Notes under the pieces: generated by a model
The model's input: only the letters and a program-made list of their open reading frames with translations
Told to the model about the DNA's origin: nothing
Databases searched by the model: none
Position numbers and translations under genes: made by a program
Source of the DNA: Thraustochytrium aureum
Lineage: Eukaryota
Assembly (NCBI GenBank): GCA_012862495.1
Contig: BLSG01000120.1
Span: forward strand, 1 to 42,957
Reading direction: 5' to 3'
DNA: 42,957 nucleotides
In this document: positions 1 to 11,726 of the stretch, piece by piece
Layout: the number at the start of each line of letters is the position of its first letter
How positions within the stretch are numbered: position 1 is the first letter of the stretch

Positions 1-126
1 GAGGAGCGGCACTTTGCGGCCACACGCGAGCTCGAGCTCGGCGATGGGCTGGGCCGCAATCGCGAGGATGGTGGCAGCTGCTGCCATGACGCGCGCAGTG
101 ATGCGGGTCATTCTCGCAATTTGCAT
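1..126 (-). CDS. 5' end of a gene running off the window, possibly an aldo/keto reductase
   Basis: ATG at 126 opens an uninterrupted frame to position 1: MQIARMTRITARVMAAAATILAIAAQPIAELELACGRKVPLL. The final 'L.CG.KVPLL' resembles the AKR N-terminal 'L..G..IP.LG' motif. Only 42 codons are visible. Confidence 0.4.
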   Translation of the reverse strand, partial: MQIARMTRITARVMAAAATILAIAAQPIAELELACGRKVPLL

Positions 127-1089
127 CTCCTTGTCACAGCTTGTTCGTGCAATCGGAGACCCTTCACGCAGTTGGCTGGTTTTGGTTCTGCCAATCCCTC
201 GTTGAGCCGCGAGGGGAAATGTGCGATCGATCCCACGATTGGCTGCGAAGGAGAAGAAAGGTGGCGCGCATTCCAGATTTGCAGGGTACTCTAGACGAGG
301 AGGTAGGTGGCCAATGCCTCCACCGCGAGACACAAAGGACGAGGTTCTGTATGGACCGGCTTTGACGCCGGCCGTCCCGTATCGCCGCACTAGTTGTGTG
401 CAACAGACGAAAGCAAGACCAGTGGCGCTGCTGGTATTCACCCGTCAGCCTTTGCGAGTCTCCTCGATCGCATTCACCCTCCGCCCGAAAAATCAGCAAC
501 GCAAAAAGTTGGTAGATACCACCCACTATAAGCGCAGCACAGAGCTGCAAGCCGAGCGAAGCGGGGACGCCGCCGTCAGATCGCGCTGGCCTGGGTGGCC
601 AATCCGGGGGCCGTGCAGTCGTTTCTTTGCCAGCTCGGCATCGTCAGGTAGGCCAATTCGCAGCCCCCAAAACGAGACTCAGCAAAAATCGATCGCTGGT
701 GGCTCCCCCCTCGTTCGCCAAGAGCGCGAGCGCCGCAAAGGCATAGAACAGGTCACCCCGGCTAGGCCCGTGGTCCACTCGGCCTCGCCAGGAATGTCGG
801 TCTCGAACTCGTGCCAACTCGACCGCGCGAGGGTCGGGCACAAGGCGTTTGCTTGGCAGAACAACCGAGCCCTTCCGTCCAGGTTGACCTGTCACTTCGG
901 CACTTGCCATTCGTCGGGACGAGGGCCTCGGGCCTCGGGCCGGGCTCTCGCGCGCGAACTAGACGCTTTCCAGGTCGCCCCCGAGGACTTGGTCGCCCGT
1001 TTCATGCCCTGGCGAGCCCAGCGCTGAAGCCCAGCGCTGAAGTCTGCTCGGCGCGCTGTCGAGGTCTGGCTGTCCGGGTTCGGTCGACG

Positions 1090-2028
1090 ATGTTTGGCAG
1101 CCTGGCGCAGGCGGCTCGCCGGGGACCTCGCCGGCGCCTGGCGAAAGCGCTGGCGGGGAAAGCCGATGGGCAGCGGCGGCTGCTCAGGTACTCGGCGCTT
1201 GGACCGCTCGAGCTGCTCGGCGTCGCTGCTCGGGAGTCGGCTCGGGCACTGTGGGACCCGTATTTGCGCGGGGACAGCGTGGCCGCGGTCGGAGAGGCCA
1301 CTGGGCAGGCCGCGCTGGAGCGGCTTGCTGAAAGCATGCGGCGCGACGACACCGGCCGCCGCATCCTCTTGGAACGACCGCTTTTGAATGCAGAGAGCGT
1401 AGATTTCGAGCGGCTCGCCAGCCTCAGTCCGCGCACGCTTGGTGGTGCATACGCGAGGTACATGTCGATGCACGGCTTCGCTTTTGGGGAGAGGCCCAAG
1501 GTGAAACTTATCGAGGATCCCGAACTCGCCTTTGTCATGCAAAGATACCGCGACACGCACGACATCCTCCACGCGCTGTGTGGCGTGCCTGTGAGCGTCA
1601 CGGGCGAGGTAGCGCTCAAGTGGTTCGAGCTCGTCCAGACAGGCTTGCCCATGACTGCGCTTGCCGCGCTGTTCGGCACAGCGCGGGCCGAGGCGCCTCT
1701 CTCGGGATCGAGCCAGGCGAGCGTCCTTGGGGAGTACATCAACTGGTGCTCGCGCGCTGGCCGGCGCAGCAAGTTGTTTCTGAACGTCTACTTCGAGGAG
1801 CACTGGGGCGCAGATTTGCTGGAGCTGCGCCGCGAGCTGCGGCTGCCCCGTCAGCCGCAGCACCTTGCCAGTTTAGACGCGAGCTGGGACCCGTCGCGCG
1901 CCGCGGTGATGCGCGCTCACTACGAAGCGAGCATCGCAGCGCTCCAGTCGGACCGCGACCCGCGCCGGAAGGAGCCCTTTGTGCGCTACCTCTGTGCACT
2001 CGACGGCCTTCAAGGGCCTGCTGCCTGA
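1090..2028 (+). CDS. COQ4: Ubiquinone biosynthesis protein COQ4, mitochondrial
   Basis: Motifs DPYLRGDSVAAVGEATG, GRRILLERP, TLGGAY, YRDTHDILH (HDxxH metal motif), GEVALKWFELVQTGLPM and NVYFEEHW. The Arg/Ala-rich N-terminus from ATG 1090 looks like a transit peptide. Confidence 0.95.
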   Translation: MFGSLAQAARRGPRRRLAKALAGKADGQRRLLRYSALGPLELLGVAARESARALWDPYLRGDSVAAVGEATGQAALERLAESMRRDDTGRRILLERPLLNAESVDFERLASLSPRTLGGAYARYMSMHGFAFGERPKVKLIEDPELAFVMQRYRDTHDILHALCGVPVSVTGEVALKWFELVQTGLPMTALAALFGTARAEAPLSGSSQASVLGEYINWCSRAGRRSKLFLNVYFEEHWGADLLELRRELRLPRQPQHLASLDASWDPSRAAVMRAHYEASIAALQSDRDPRRKEPFVRYLCALDGLQGPAA

Positions 2029-2247
2029 GTGGCGCTGCGAAAGACGCAGCGACCGCTGGTTTCGAAGGCGCCCGCGATGGCCGATCGCCACATCGGTAGT
2101 CCGAGGAAAGCAAAGCAGGGAAACTTGTAAAGGTAGAATGAACGTTACTGGCCCAACATGGACGCTCGTCGAGCGCTAAAACTCGGCTGCGGCGCGCATG
2201 CAAGCCACAATCGCACTTGCGTCTGCCAGCGCAACCTGGCGATAACC

Positions 2248-3522
2248 TCAGCAGAGAACGGACCCGCCAGCCGCACCAGAAACCGCTGCTGCGCGGCTGT
2301 TGATGAGACGGCTTACTAGGCGCTCAGCCCGAACGTGCGTGTGCTTGTCAATCGTTGTACCGTCGCCCTCCTCCCGTGACACAATCAGCTCCCTGCCAAA
2401 GGCGAGCCCAACGATTTTGCTGATCAGGTCGACCCGCTGCGGAAGCTGGTGGTCCTTCAGACTGCCGCGCTGCAGCGCGTCATGCCAGGCGAGCGCGCGT
2501 CTCGCGAGAGGCTCGGCTTTTGCGACCATCTCCTCGTATATTCGCGTGAGATTGGCAAACTTGTCGGACGGAAGCGAAGCGCGCGCGGAGCGCTGCACCT
2601 CTTTCCGCGTGATGAGGATTCGCACCGCTTCCAAATTGCCTCGGTTGAGCGCCTCCAACACCGCAGTGTTGTTCTGGTTGGCTGGGTTTACGCGCTTGTC
2701 CCGCAAGAGCATCTTGAGAACTTCAATCTGGCCGTGCTTGGCGGCCTTGATGATCGGCGTGTCTTGCGCCACGGCAGGGTTGACGCGGTCGCTCTTGAGC
2801 AAAAGCTCAACCACCTCGCTAAACCCGTTCTTGCAGGCTCGTTGGATTGCAATGTTGTCCCGAGCGCCAGCGTCCACGCGCGGATCGCTCAGCAGAAGCG
2901 CCACAACTTTGTAGTGGCCGTTCGCGCTGGCGAGGCGGATCGCGCGGTTGTCTTTGGCTGCGGGGTTGACGTTGGGGTACGAGAGCAGCTTCTCCACCAC
3001 TTCGTCGTGGCCGCGAATCGAGGCCTGGCGGATGGCAAAGTTCTCGCAAGCCGTCGGATCGACCCTGTCGTCGGCCAGGAGCGTGTTGACGATCGCGATG
3101 TTGCCGTGCTGGGCGCCCCAGCGCAAGGGGCAGTCGTTGCGGGCTGCAGGGTTGACGCGCGGGTCTTTGATGAGTGCCTGGACCACGTCGTGGTGACCGA
3201 ATTCGCATGCAAGGATGATCGCAGCGTCCTCGACAGCCTGAGGCTGCACCTCGGGGAGCTGTAGGAGCTCCCTGACGGTCGCAGCGAGACCGAACTTTGC
3301 GGCGAGCCGGATTGCGAGGTTGTCGTGCTTTGCTGGCTTGAGCGAGTCGAGCAGCTGGTTCACAATGAAGCCGTTGTCGTGCAGCCTCGCCGTGTTGATC
3401 AAGTTGACGTATTCGCGCGAGCCGATGCCGTTCGGCCTGGAGGCGCCCATCTCCAGGAGCCGGGCAAGCATCTCCGAGTCGCCGTCCTTGCACGCGTTCT
3501 GCATGTGAGTGTTGAGGTTTTT
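2248..3522 (-). CDS. Ankyrin-repeat protein (5' end probably in the N gap)
   Basis: About 8 tandem ~34-aa repeats of the type NPAAxDNxAIRLASxNGHxxVVxLLLxDPRV. The frame is open into the gap at 3523; stop at 2248. Confidence 0.9.
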   Translation of the reverse strand, partial: KNLNTHMQNACKDGDSEMLARLLEMGASRPNGIGSREYVNLINTARLHDNGFIVNQLLDSLKPAKHDNLAIRLAAKFGLAATVRELLQLPEVQPQAVEDAAIILACEFGHHDVVQALIKDPRVNPAARNDCPLRWGAQHGNIAIVNTLLADDRVDPTACENFAIRQASIRGHDEVVEKLLSYPNVNPAAKDNRAIRLASANGHYKVVALLLSDPRVDAGARDNIAIQRACKNGFSEVVELLLKSDRVNPAVAQDTPIIKAAKHGQIEVLKMLLRDKRVNPANQNNTAVLEALNRGNLEAVRILITRKEVQRSARASLPSDKFANLTRIYEEMVAKAEPLARRALAWHDALQRGSLKDHQLPQRVDLISKIVGLAFGRELIVSREEGDGTTIDKHTHVRAERLVSRLINSRAAAVSGAAGGSVLC

Positions 3523-5208
3523 NNNNNNNNNNNNNNNNNNNNNNNNNNNNNNNNNNNNNNNNNNNNNNNNNNNNNNNNNNNNNNNNNNNNNNNNNNNNNN
3601 NNNNNNNNNNNNNNNNNNNNNNNNNNNNNNNNNNNNNNNNNNNNNNNNNNNNNNNNNNNNNNNNNNNNNNNNNNNNNNNNNNNNNNNNNNNNNNNNNNNN
3701 NNNNNNNNNNNNNNNNNNNNNNNNNNNNNNNNNNNNNNNNNNNNNNNNNNNNNNNNNNNNNNNNNNNNNNNNNNNNNNNNNNNNNNNNNNNNNNNNNNNN
3801 NNNNNNNNNNNNNNNNNNNNNNNNNNNNNNNNNNNNNNNNNNNNNNNNNNNNNNNNNNNNNNNNNNNNNNNNNNNNNNNNNNNNNNNNNNNNNNNNNNNN
3901 NNNNNNNNNNNNNNNNNNNNNNNNNNNNNNNNNNNNNNNNNNNNNNNNNNNNNNNNNNNNNNNNNNNNNNNNNNNNNNNNNNNNNNNNNNNNNNNNNNNN
4001 NNNNNNNNNNNNNNNNNNNNNNNNNNNNNNNNNNNNNNNNNNNNNNNNNNNNNNNNNNNNNNNNNNNNNNNNNNNNNNNNNNNNNNNNNNNNNNNNNNNN
4101 NNNNNNNNNNNNNNNNNNNNNNNNNNNNNNNNNNNNNNNNNNNNNNNNNNNNNNNNNNNNNNNNNNNNNNNNNNNNNNNNNNNNNNNNNNNNNNNNNNNN
4201 NNNNNNNNNNNNNNNNNNNNNNNNNNNNNNNNNNNNNNNNNNNNNNNNNNNTCTGACCGACCTGTAGTCCGGTTCGGTTCGGTTACTTTCGACCGTGCGA
4301 GCGTGCGTGCGTCGAGGCGCGCGGTAGCGCAGCGATCCTGCGTGCGCAGTGCGTGCGTGCGCGCGCGCTTCCCTGCGGCGTCGCTTCTGCGCGCTCGCCC
4401 GGCCGGCCGCCCGACTCGCGCTGTCGGGATAGATCGGTAGAGCTCGCGTCGCTTTCCCGGGCCAATCACTGACCGCCTCGCCGCCCTAGCCTGCCTGCGC
4501 TCCCCGCCCAGCGCTCTGCTGCCCGCCTGCGCTCTTCTGCCCGCGCGCTCTGCTCCTGCTGCGTCGCGTCTGCTCGCCTTGCGGGACTGCCTCGGTGCTC
4601 GCTCGCGCGCTCCCTGGCTGGTGCCCGAGGCTCGTATTCTCCTTGCTGGTCTTCTGCCTGCCTCTTGAGTTCGCTCTTCGCAGTAGAGGATAGTACTCTA
4701 GTAGGTAGGTAGGTAGGCGGCACGAGTCTTTGCTTTTGATTGGCTTTTGCCAACTTTCTGCTCGATTCTGGTGCCCGTTTCTGAACGGCGACCCGCCTCT
4801 CTATCTCGTGCTGGAGCTGAATCGCAAGGAGAGTCAGGGAGTGTGAGGCGTTCGGCGAACTGGATTGGCGAACTCTGAGTTCTCTTCCATCCGCTGCTTC
4901 GAGTTTGTGTTTGTTTCTTCACTGTTGTTTCATTGAACCCCCGGGCCGAGGGAGGGAAATCTCGCCGAGCACCACGGTTCGCCAAACTTGAATTTTGATT
5001 TGATTTCAAGAACCCGAGTTCGCCAAGCCACTGGCAGGCCAGATCAGATCTGCCCTCGCGTACTTTACCGGAGAGTACGAGTACAAGGAGTAGGTACCTG
5101 CTTGCCGGCCTGACGCGAGGTGCGCGTGCCGCGTTGGGATGGCGGAATCATGCCGCTGGACACGGCTCGGCGTGACAGGCAAGCGCAAGTACTTGCTCAC
5201 TTCATGAG

Positions 5209-7060
5209 TCAACAACGCGCGAAGAGTCTTATTGATGTATCAATCAAAAAAACCGACCTTTGGAAGACGCTGACGAACGCTCCGCGACGCCCCCACGCGC
5301 AGCGGCTGGTGAGACTTGAAGCAGGTAGTCGTACTCGGGTCAGCGAGTACAGCTCGTCCAGATCCTCCAAGTCGCGCAGCGAATCCACGTCAGCAGGCGC
5401 TTGCACCGGTGCAGGGTTTGACTCGCGCTTGACAAGCCCACGCTCGACGCGGCGAACGAACGCCGAGGCAGCGCCTGCGCCATCGCCCAGCGGACGCAGC
5501 GCTTCCCGCACCAGCGGTTGGGCGTTGCGGCTTCGATCCAGCGTCGAGAGCTCCGACCTCGGCGTCAGACTCGGCAGCTGTGCCGCGCCGTTCGAGTCGG
5601 ACACTTCGCCAAACAAGTCCACAAACAGCTCGTCGGTGCAATCACGGACGGCAGGCGAGGGCAGTGCAGCGAGGCTAGCGCCCGCCCCCTGCATCACGCG
5701 AGGAGGATTGTGCTGCACGTTCCAAACTCTGCATAATGTTTCGCGCACCGACTCCACGTTGCGCCTTTGGAAAGCCGACTTGCTGCCCGCCACCGAGAGC
5801 GTCTGCACAAGGGATCGGGCCCTTACGATTTGACNNNNNNNNNNNNNNNNNNNNNNNNNNNNNNNNNNNNNNNNNNNNNNNNNNNNNNNNNNNNNNNNNN
5901 NNNNNNNNNNNNNNNNNNNNNNNNNNNNNNNNNNNNNNNNNNNNNNNNNNNNNNNNNNNNNNNNNNNNNNNNNNNNNNNNNNNNNNNNNNNNNNNNNNNN
6001 NNNNNNNNNNNNNNNNNNNNNNNNNNNNNNNNNNNNNNNNNNNNNNNNNNNNNNNNNNNNNNNNNNNNNNNNNNNNNNNNNNNNNNNNNNNNNNNNNNNN
6101 NNNNNNNNNNNNNNNNNNNNNNNNNNNNNNNNNNNNNNNNNNNNNNNNNNNNNNNNNNNNNNNNNNNNNNNNNNNNNNNNNNNNNNNNNNNNNNNNNNNN
6201 NNNNNNNNNNNNNNNNNNNNNNNNNNNNNNNNNNNNNNNNNNNNNNNNNNNNNNNNNNNNNNNNNNNNNNNNNNNNNNNNNNNNNNNNNNNNNNNNNNNN
6301 NNNNNNNGGGGCCTGTCGCGGACTTGACGACAAGGTTGGCGCGGCGCTCGGCGATCGGCTCCGTTGGCTCAGCCCGGCGTTCCCCTTGGTAGGCGGCCTC
6401 CTCCGCCGCGAGTGGCCGCCGCATCTTGCGCATGTGCCTCCGGAGGCTCGAGTACCAGTGGTTCTTAATCATGTTGTCGGTGCGGCCGGGGAGGAACCGC
6501 GCGATCTCTGTCCATTTGTTTCCAAGCCGAGCCTGGGCGGCCGCTAACGCTTCCTCCTCTGCACTGGTCCAGGCCCTTTTGTTGATGCTGGGGTCGAGGT
6601 GGTTGGACCAGCGCATTCGGCATTGCTTGCTTGTTCGTCTTGAGCCGGTTAGCCCGGCTTTGTTGATCTTTTCGGCTACCCGCGACCAGAGCACCTCCCC
6701 GTCCCCGGCCACCAGCTCGGCTAGCATCTTGTCCTCGCGTTCGTCCCATGCAGCGCCGCGCTTCGGTTTGCGCGAGGTCGTGGCGGAGTCGCTGCTTCCA
6801 GCGCTCGAGCCTGCCGGCGCTGTGGGCTGCTCCGCTGCTGCGCGGATCGCCTCGTCCAAGCTCCAGTCGCTCCCGTGCCGACTCAGGGCGGTCTTCCTTT
6901 CCGCGCAACCGCTCGTCGCGCTCGACCCCGAGCTCGTGCCAGACCGGGGTGAGTGGACCGAGGGGGTACCCTTGACGTCCTGCTGGGACGACGCCCCGCC
7001 TTCCTCGTCTCGGGACTCGCCTTTACAAGGCAGCCGGCCATCGTGCACGCCTAGCCGCAT
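5209..7060 (-). CDS. R2R3-MYB transcription factor (interrupted by an N gap)
   Basis: Two Myb repeats: [13 protein letters not shown]...WSRVAEKI...[16 protein letters not shown] and WTSAEEEAL...[26 protein letters not shown] (~6445-6755). ATG 7060 is the likely start. The C-terminal frame (5209-5833) across the gap is inferred. Confidence 0.88.
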
Positions 7061-8084
7061 GGCTCGCCTTTTCCCGCGGCACAGCGCGCCGCTCGCAGCT
7101 GAGCCCACGCGCGCGCGACAGGAGACCAGCACCCCACCGAGCCTGCTGCCGGACTCGAACCTCGCCGTGCCTGGTCGGCCAATTCCCTGCGCCTGCCAGC
7201 GAACAGGCAGACCGGCAGGCAGACTGGCTGGCTCGCTCGCTGGCTGGCTCGCTCGCTGGCTGGTGGTCGGGCAGGGCAGGCGGGCGGGCAGGCAGGTGGG
7301 CGCGCGACCTGGTGCTGCGCAGACTGGCCGAGAAGCCAACCTCCCTGAACTGATGTTGTCTGCATGGTGCTGACCGACTAGCTTGCGCACCTCCAAGACC
7401 TTGGTCGGAGTAATACCGACCAGGTTTAGCCTGGCTCTGCTGACGCTTTTGTACCGCTGCGTCGGGAAGACGCGCCTTGCCGTTTCAATTCATTCAGCGC
7501 AGAGCCCACTTCGGTCTGTCTGCTCGGAGCAGCTGGTGCGCGCAACGACGGCTGCGTGGGCGCGAGCACACGGCGGCGCTCGCCCGCGTCGCTGCTGGCG
7601 GCGGTCTTTGAGCCATCGCTGCCAGTGGTCGGTATTTCTCGCCTTCGCGCACTCGCCTCGATAGAGCGAGGTGACCCACGTGAGGCTTGTGGAAAAAGGC
7701 CGGCGTGGTTGCCCTGCGATGCGCGTCACTGATCAGGGTCAATGTGGCTGCTGGTGCTGGTGCTGCTGCTGATGATGATGATGATGCTGCTGTTGATTGC
7801 TGCTTGTGATACGCCTGGAACTCGCGGTCCTGTCGAGTTCACCAATCATCGGCGAGTTTCGCTCTGATCATCTCGAATGGCTCTGGAGATCCGTTTCCAA
7901 TCGAAATCATTGGATTTCGGCCCGAAATGGGCGCGGCGCAGCCCGAAAGCGGCGTGGCGCGCGAAGGCCGGTCGCCTGTGCGCCCAAACCCACCCACCCA
8001 CCCATCCAACCATCCCGTCAGTCCGAATTCAAGAAGCAGCAGGGCGCACGCGCGTCGCACCGACGCCTGGCGAGGGGCGCGAGG

Positions 8085-11000
8085 ATGCAACAGGTTCAGG
8101 TCCCGACGGTGGACGGCGGGACGCCGCCAATCAAGCGCGTCAGAGGTCGCAGCGAGAGCAGGGCGGAGCTGGAGCGCGCCGATACGGCCGCAGACGTGTC
8201 GTTTCGCGTGACGGAATGGTCCTCCGAAGATGGATTGTGTCCAGCTGAAGGGCTGGAAGACTTTGACGAGAACGCCGCGGAGGACCTGCAGGGGTGGTGC
8301 ACAGAGCAATATTGCACGTGGCCACAGTCGATCACCATCAACTTTGAGGACTGCGTTCGCGTGGATGATCTCTTGGTCCGCGCGCACTCGTTCCGCATTC
8401 CACGACGGGTCGCAGTCTACGTCACAGGGTCTCGCGCAGGCGCGCGCCCGCTATACGTTGGCCACGTCGAGTTCAACTCCAACCTCGTGCACGACTACAC
8501 CGCCGCGCAAGAGCTGGTTGTGCACGTTGGAGCGTATGGAACGGGGATTCGGCTCGTCATGGAGGGCTGCTTCCGCAATCGCCACAACGTGTTTGAGCAA
8601 GCCAGCCTGACACGGCTGCAGGTATTTGGTGCCCCGGCGCCACTAATTGCCAACGAGGCTCCAGCGCGAGTCCCCTCGCGCACTCATACGGCCTCCTCAG
8701 CAGCTCTCCCACGCAGTGCCAGCAGCCTTCACTTGCATCCCAACCAGCGCAGCGCGACGCCTGAGCGCGACTTGCCGCTCTCGCGCCGCTTCGAGGTTCT
8801 CGACGAAGAAGACCTGCTCTTCAACGACGAGTTTGAGCACGGCGCGCTGAGCGACGTGGACCTCGCACTTCTCTCCGTCGGCGTACCCATGGATATTGTC
8901 AGCGGGACGGCCACACGGCGCCGCTTATTCAGAAGGACCGCGAATGTGGTCGAGGACCTGGGAGGGTGCGTGGACTGGGTCAAACAAGTTGAAGCAGAAG
9001 CCATCTCGGCGGGCGAGAGGCGCGACCAGCAACAGTGCGCAGCTATTCGCGAGCGTCTCGGGCTTGCAATCGACAAAATTATTGAGTGGGGTATCGAGCT
9101 CGTCCGCCTGTCAATGCTTCGGCTCGGGGGCTCGCAGGCACAGTACGAAGAGGATCCAGAGAGCGCAAGAGCCGGGATCCAACTGGATATAGACAGAACA
9201 GCGCGGGAAGCGATGCGGGACTTTGAAGACTTTTGCAAACGCCGTGGTTGTTTGCCACCGCCGTCCCGTCGCCTGGAACACGAGCTGCGAATGAGGCAGG
9301 CACAACACCAGCCGGGCGCAGCAGCGCGGAAGCGGGAGCCACCACCGGCTCGATCTAGGATTTCCGAGCAAGAGCGAACTGCTCGCGACGACCCAGCGCC
9401 ACAGAGCCGAGCGGAAGAGAAAGAGCTGAGCTCACCCGTGCGATCGCAGTCAAAGGGCCCCGGCGAGGCCAGGCCCTTCGCGCGTGATCCTCTCTTTGCC
9501 CCCACGCCGCAGCTCGCTGAGAGCGCTCGCGCGACCTCGCCAAGTAGCCGCGCCACTCCTCGGGATGGGGCAACTGCAAGTGGAGTGGATACGCATCGAA
9601 CTCACGAGCTTGAGGGCTCGGGCAAGCAGAGTGGCAACACACCACGGGTCGCCGAGGAAGCCAAGCAAGAAGCCCCCAGCGCTCTGCAATCGCATCGAAG
9701 TGCCAACTCTACCAGGTCCGCCGCGGCGCCCTTCGAGAGTTCGTCTGTGCAAGAGAGCCCTCGCTCGCAACGAACTGCCGCGTCTGCTCGTCGCGACGAG
9801 GTGCCAGAAGCCCTTGAAACGGAGAGGAGCGCCATACCTGAGAGTTCCGGCGGAGGAGCCGAGCTCGCGCGCTCTCCGAGCGAGGAGTGGAGCGAGCAGA
9901 GGCCCGCAATCTCGACTGCAGCGCACGATCCCGGCACGGATGGCGAACAACTCGTCGAGCTCCCGCAAGAGAACCTGGACCCTCGACCCTCGGAGCAGAA
10001 GGTTGCAACAGAGCCGGAGCGTGAACCCGAAGACCTCGAAATTCACGAACCGTACGAGCACAAAGAGGCCGAACAGCGCGATGAAGAGCACAAGGCGGCC
10101 GACTACAGAGTGGACGAGCGCAAACAGGAAGACCTTGAGGATGAAAGCGCAAGTCGCGCTCAGAGCGCGCGGTCGAGCCCGAGAGCCGCCTCGCCGCGAG
10201 AAACGTCTCGAGCAGCGGCGCCTGCTTCTGCAGAAGCCGAGAAACAACCGTCTGCGCGCTCTGCGCGCTCTGAGGGCTCCAAGCGATCCAAGTCTCCCTC
10301 TCAAGTCCCAGAGACGCACTGGCAGGACGTGCCGCTGAACCCTCAGGCGGGCGACTTGTTGCGTGACCGAATGATGGCGTACGTGGCCGAGGTTGAGGTG
10401 CCCCCTGTCGAGGAGAACGGCCTCAAGTGGACACAAACAGAGACGCTCCAAGAATCTTTTGGCAAGTACGTCACAACCTGTCTCGATCCAGCCAATGACG
10501 CAGCAGTAAGGTACGGCGCCACGGTAGTTTTGACGTTCAGTCTCCCCGAGCTCGCAAAGAGAAACATGGTGGACCCGTACACAATGCTAGACCTCGCGAC
10601 GCGCCTAGTCCAGTCCAAGCACACCCCGCGCATCATGTACGACGAGCTGTTTGCCTTGCTCGAGAATTGGTACACTCTCCCACAAGTGCAGAAAGCAATG
10701 TCACAGCAAGATGCAATCACTCGGCTGATTGCCCACACGTTTTGCACCAATCCTGACGAAGAGCGCGCGGAGCGGTGCGCAGAGCTCTTGGAACGCCTCG
10801 CGCGCTTCTGCGATACAAAGTTCAACACTCGGCCTCTCCTCTTGGCGGGCAACATCGCCAAGGCCTTGCACGACAACGCGGAAAAGATGCCGCAGGAGCG
10901 CAAAGAGCCTGCTTGCGAGCTCATTCAGACTATCCTAGAGCTGGCCAAGCCGAGCAAGGAGTTTTCTGCTCGCGAGCAGGAGGCTTGGTTGGAGATCAAC

Positions 11001-11161
11001 CGCCGCTTTCACAACTTGACAGACGATCTGGAGGAGTCCACGGCAGACCCCGGAGCCAAGACCGCGACCCGCCGCCTCAGCAACGTGCCCAAGCCACTGA
11101 CGAAAGGCATCGAGACGCTCCTTGCCGAGTTTCCGTTCGACAAGGACAAGCTTGATGCCGT
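8085..11161 (+). CDS. CEP104-like ciliary/centrosomal protein (3' end in gap)
   Basis: The N-terminal jelly-roll matches the CEP104 pattern (WSSED...GWCTEQYCTWPQSI...HSFRIPRRV...GHVEFNSN...ELVVHV...NRHNVFEQASL..LQVFG). A long low-complexity linker follows, then a helical region starting FGKYVTTCL that resembles the CEP104 TOG start. Confidence 0.7.
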
Positions 11162-11726
11162 NNNNNNNNNNNNNNNNNNNNNNNNNNNNNNNNNNNNNNN
11201 NNNNNNNNNNNNNNNNNNNNNNNNNNNNNNNNNNNNNNNNNNNNNNNNNNNNNNNNNNNNNNNNNNNNNNNNNNNNNNNNNNNNNNNNNNNNNNNNNNNN
11301 NNNNNNNNNNNNNNNNNNNNNNNNNNNNNNNNNNNNNNNNNNNNNNNNNNNNNNNNNNNNNNNNNNNNNNNNNNNNNNNNNNNNNNNNNNNNNNNNNNNN
11401 NNNNNNNNNNNNNNNNNNNNNNNNNNNNNNNNNNNNNNNNNNNNNNNNNNNNNNNNNNNNNNNNNNNNNNNNNNNNNNNNNNNNNNNNNNNNNNNNNNNN
11501 NNNNNNNNNNNNNNNNNNNNNNNNNNNNNNNNNNNNNNNNNNNNNNNNNNNNNNNNNNNNNNNNNNNNNNNNNNNNNNNNNNNNNNNNNNNNNNNNNNNN
11601 NNNNNNNNNNNNNNNNNNNNNNNNNNNNNNNNNNNNNNNNNNNNNNNNNNNNNNGGCGCCAGGGCTCGCCCTCGGCCAGGCTGTCTGCCCCCACCAACCC
11701 ACCACCCCCCCCCCCGAGCGAGTTTA

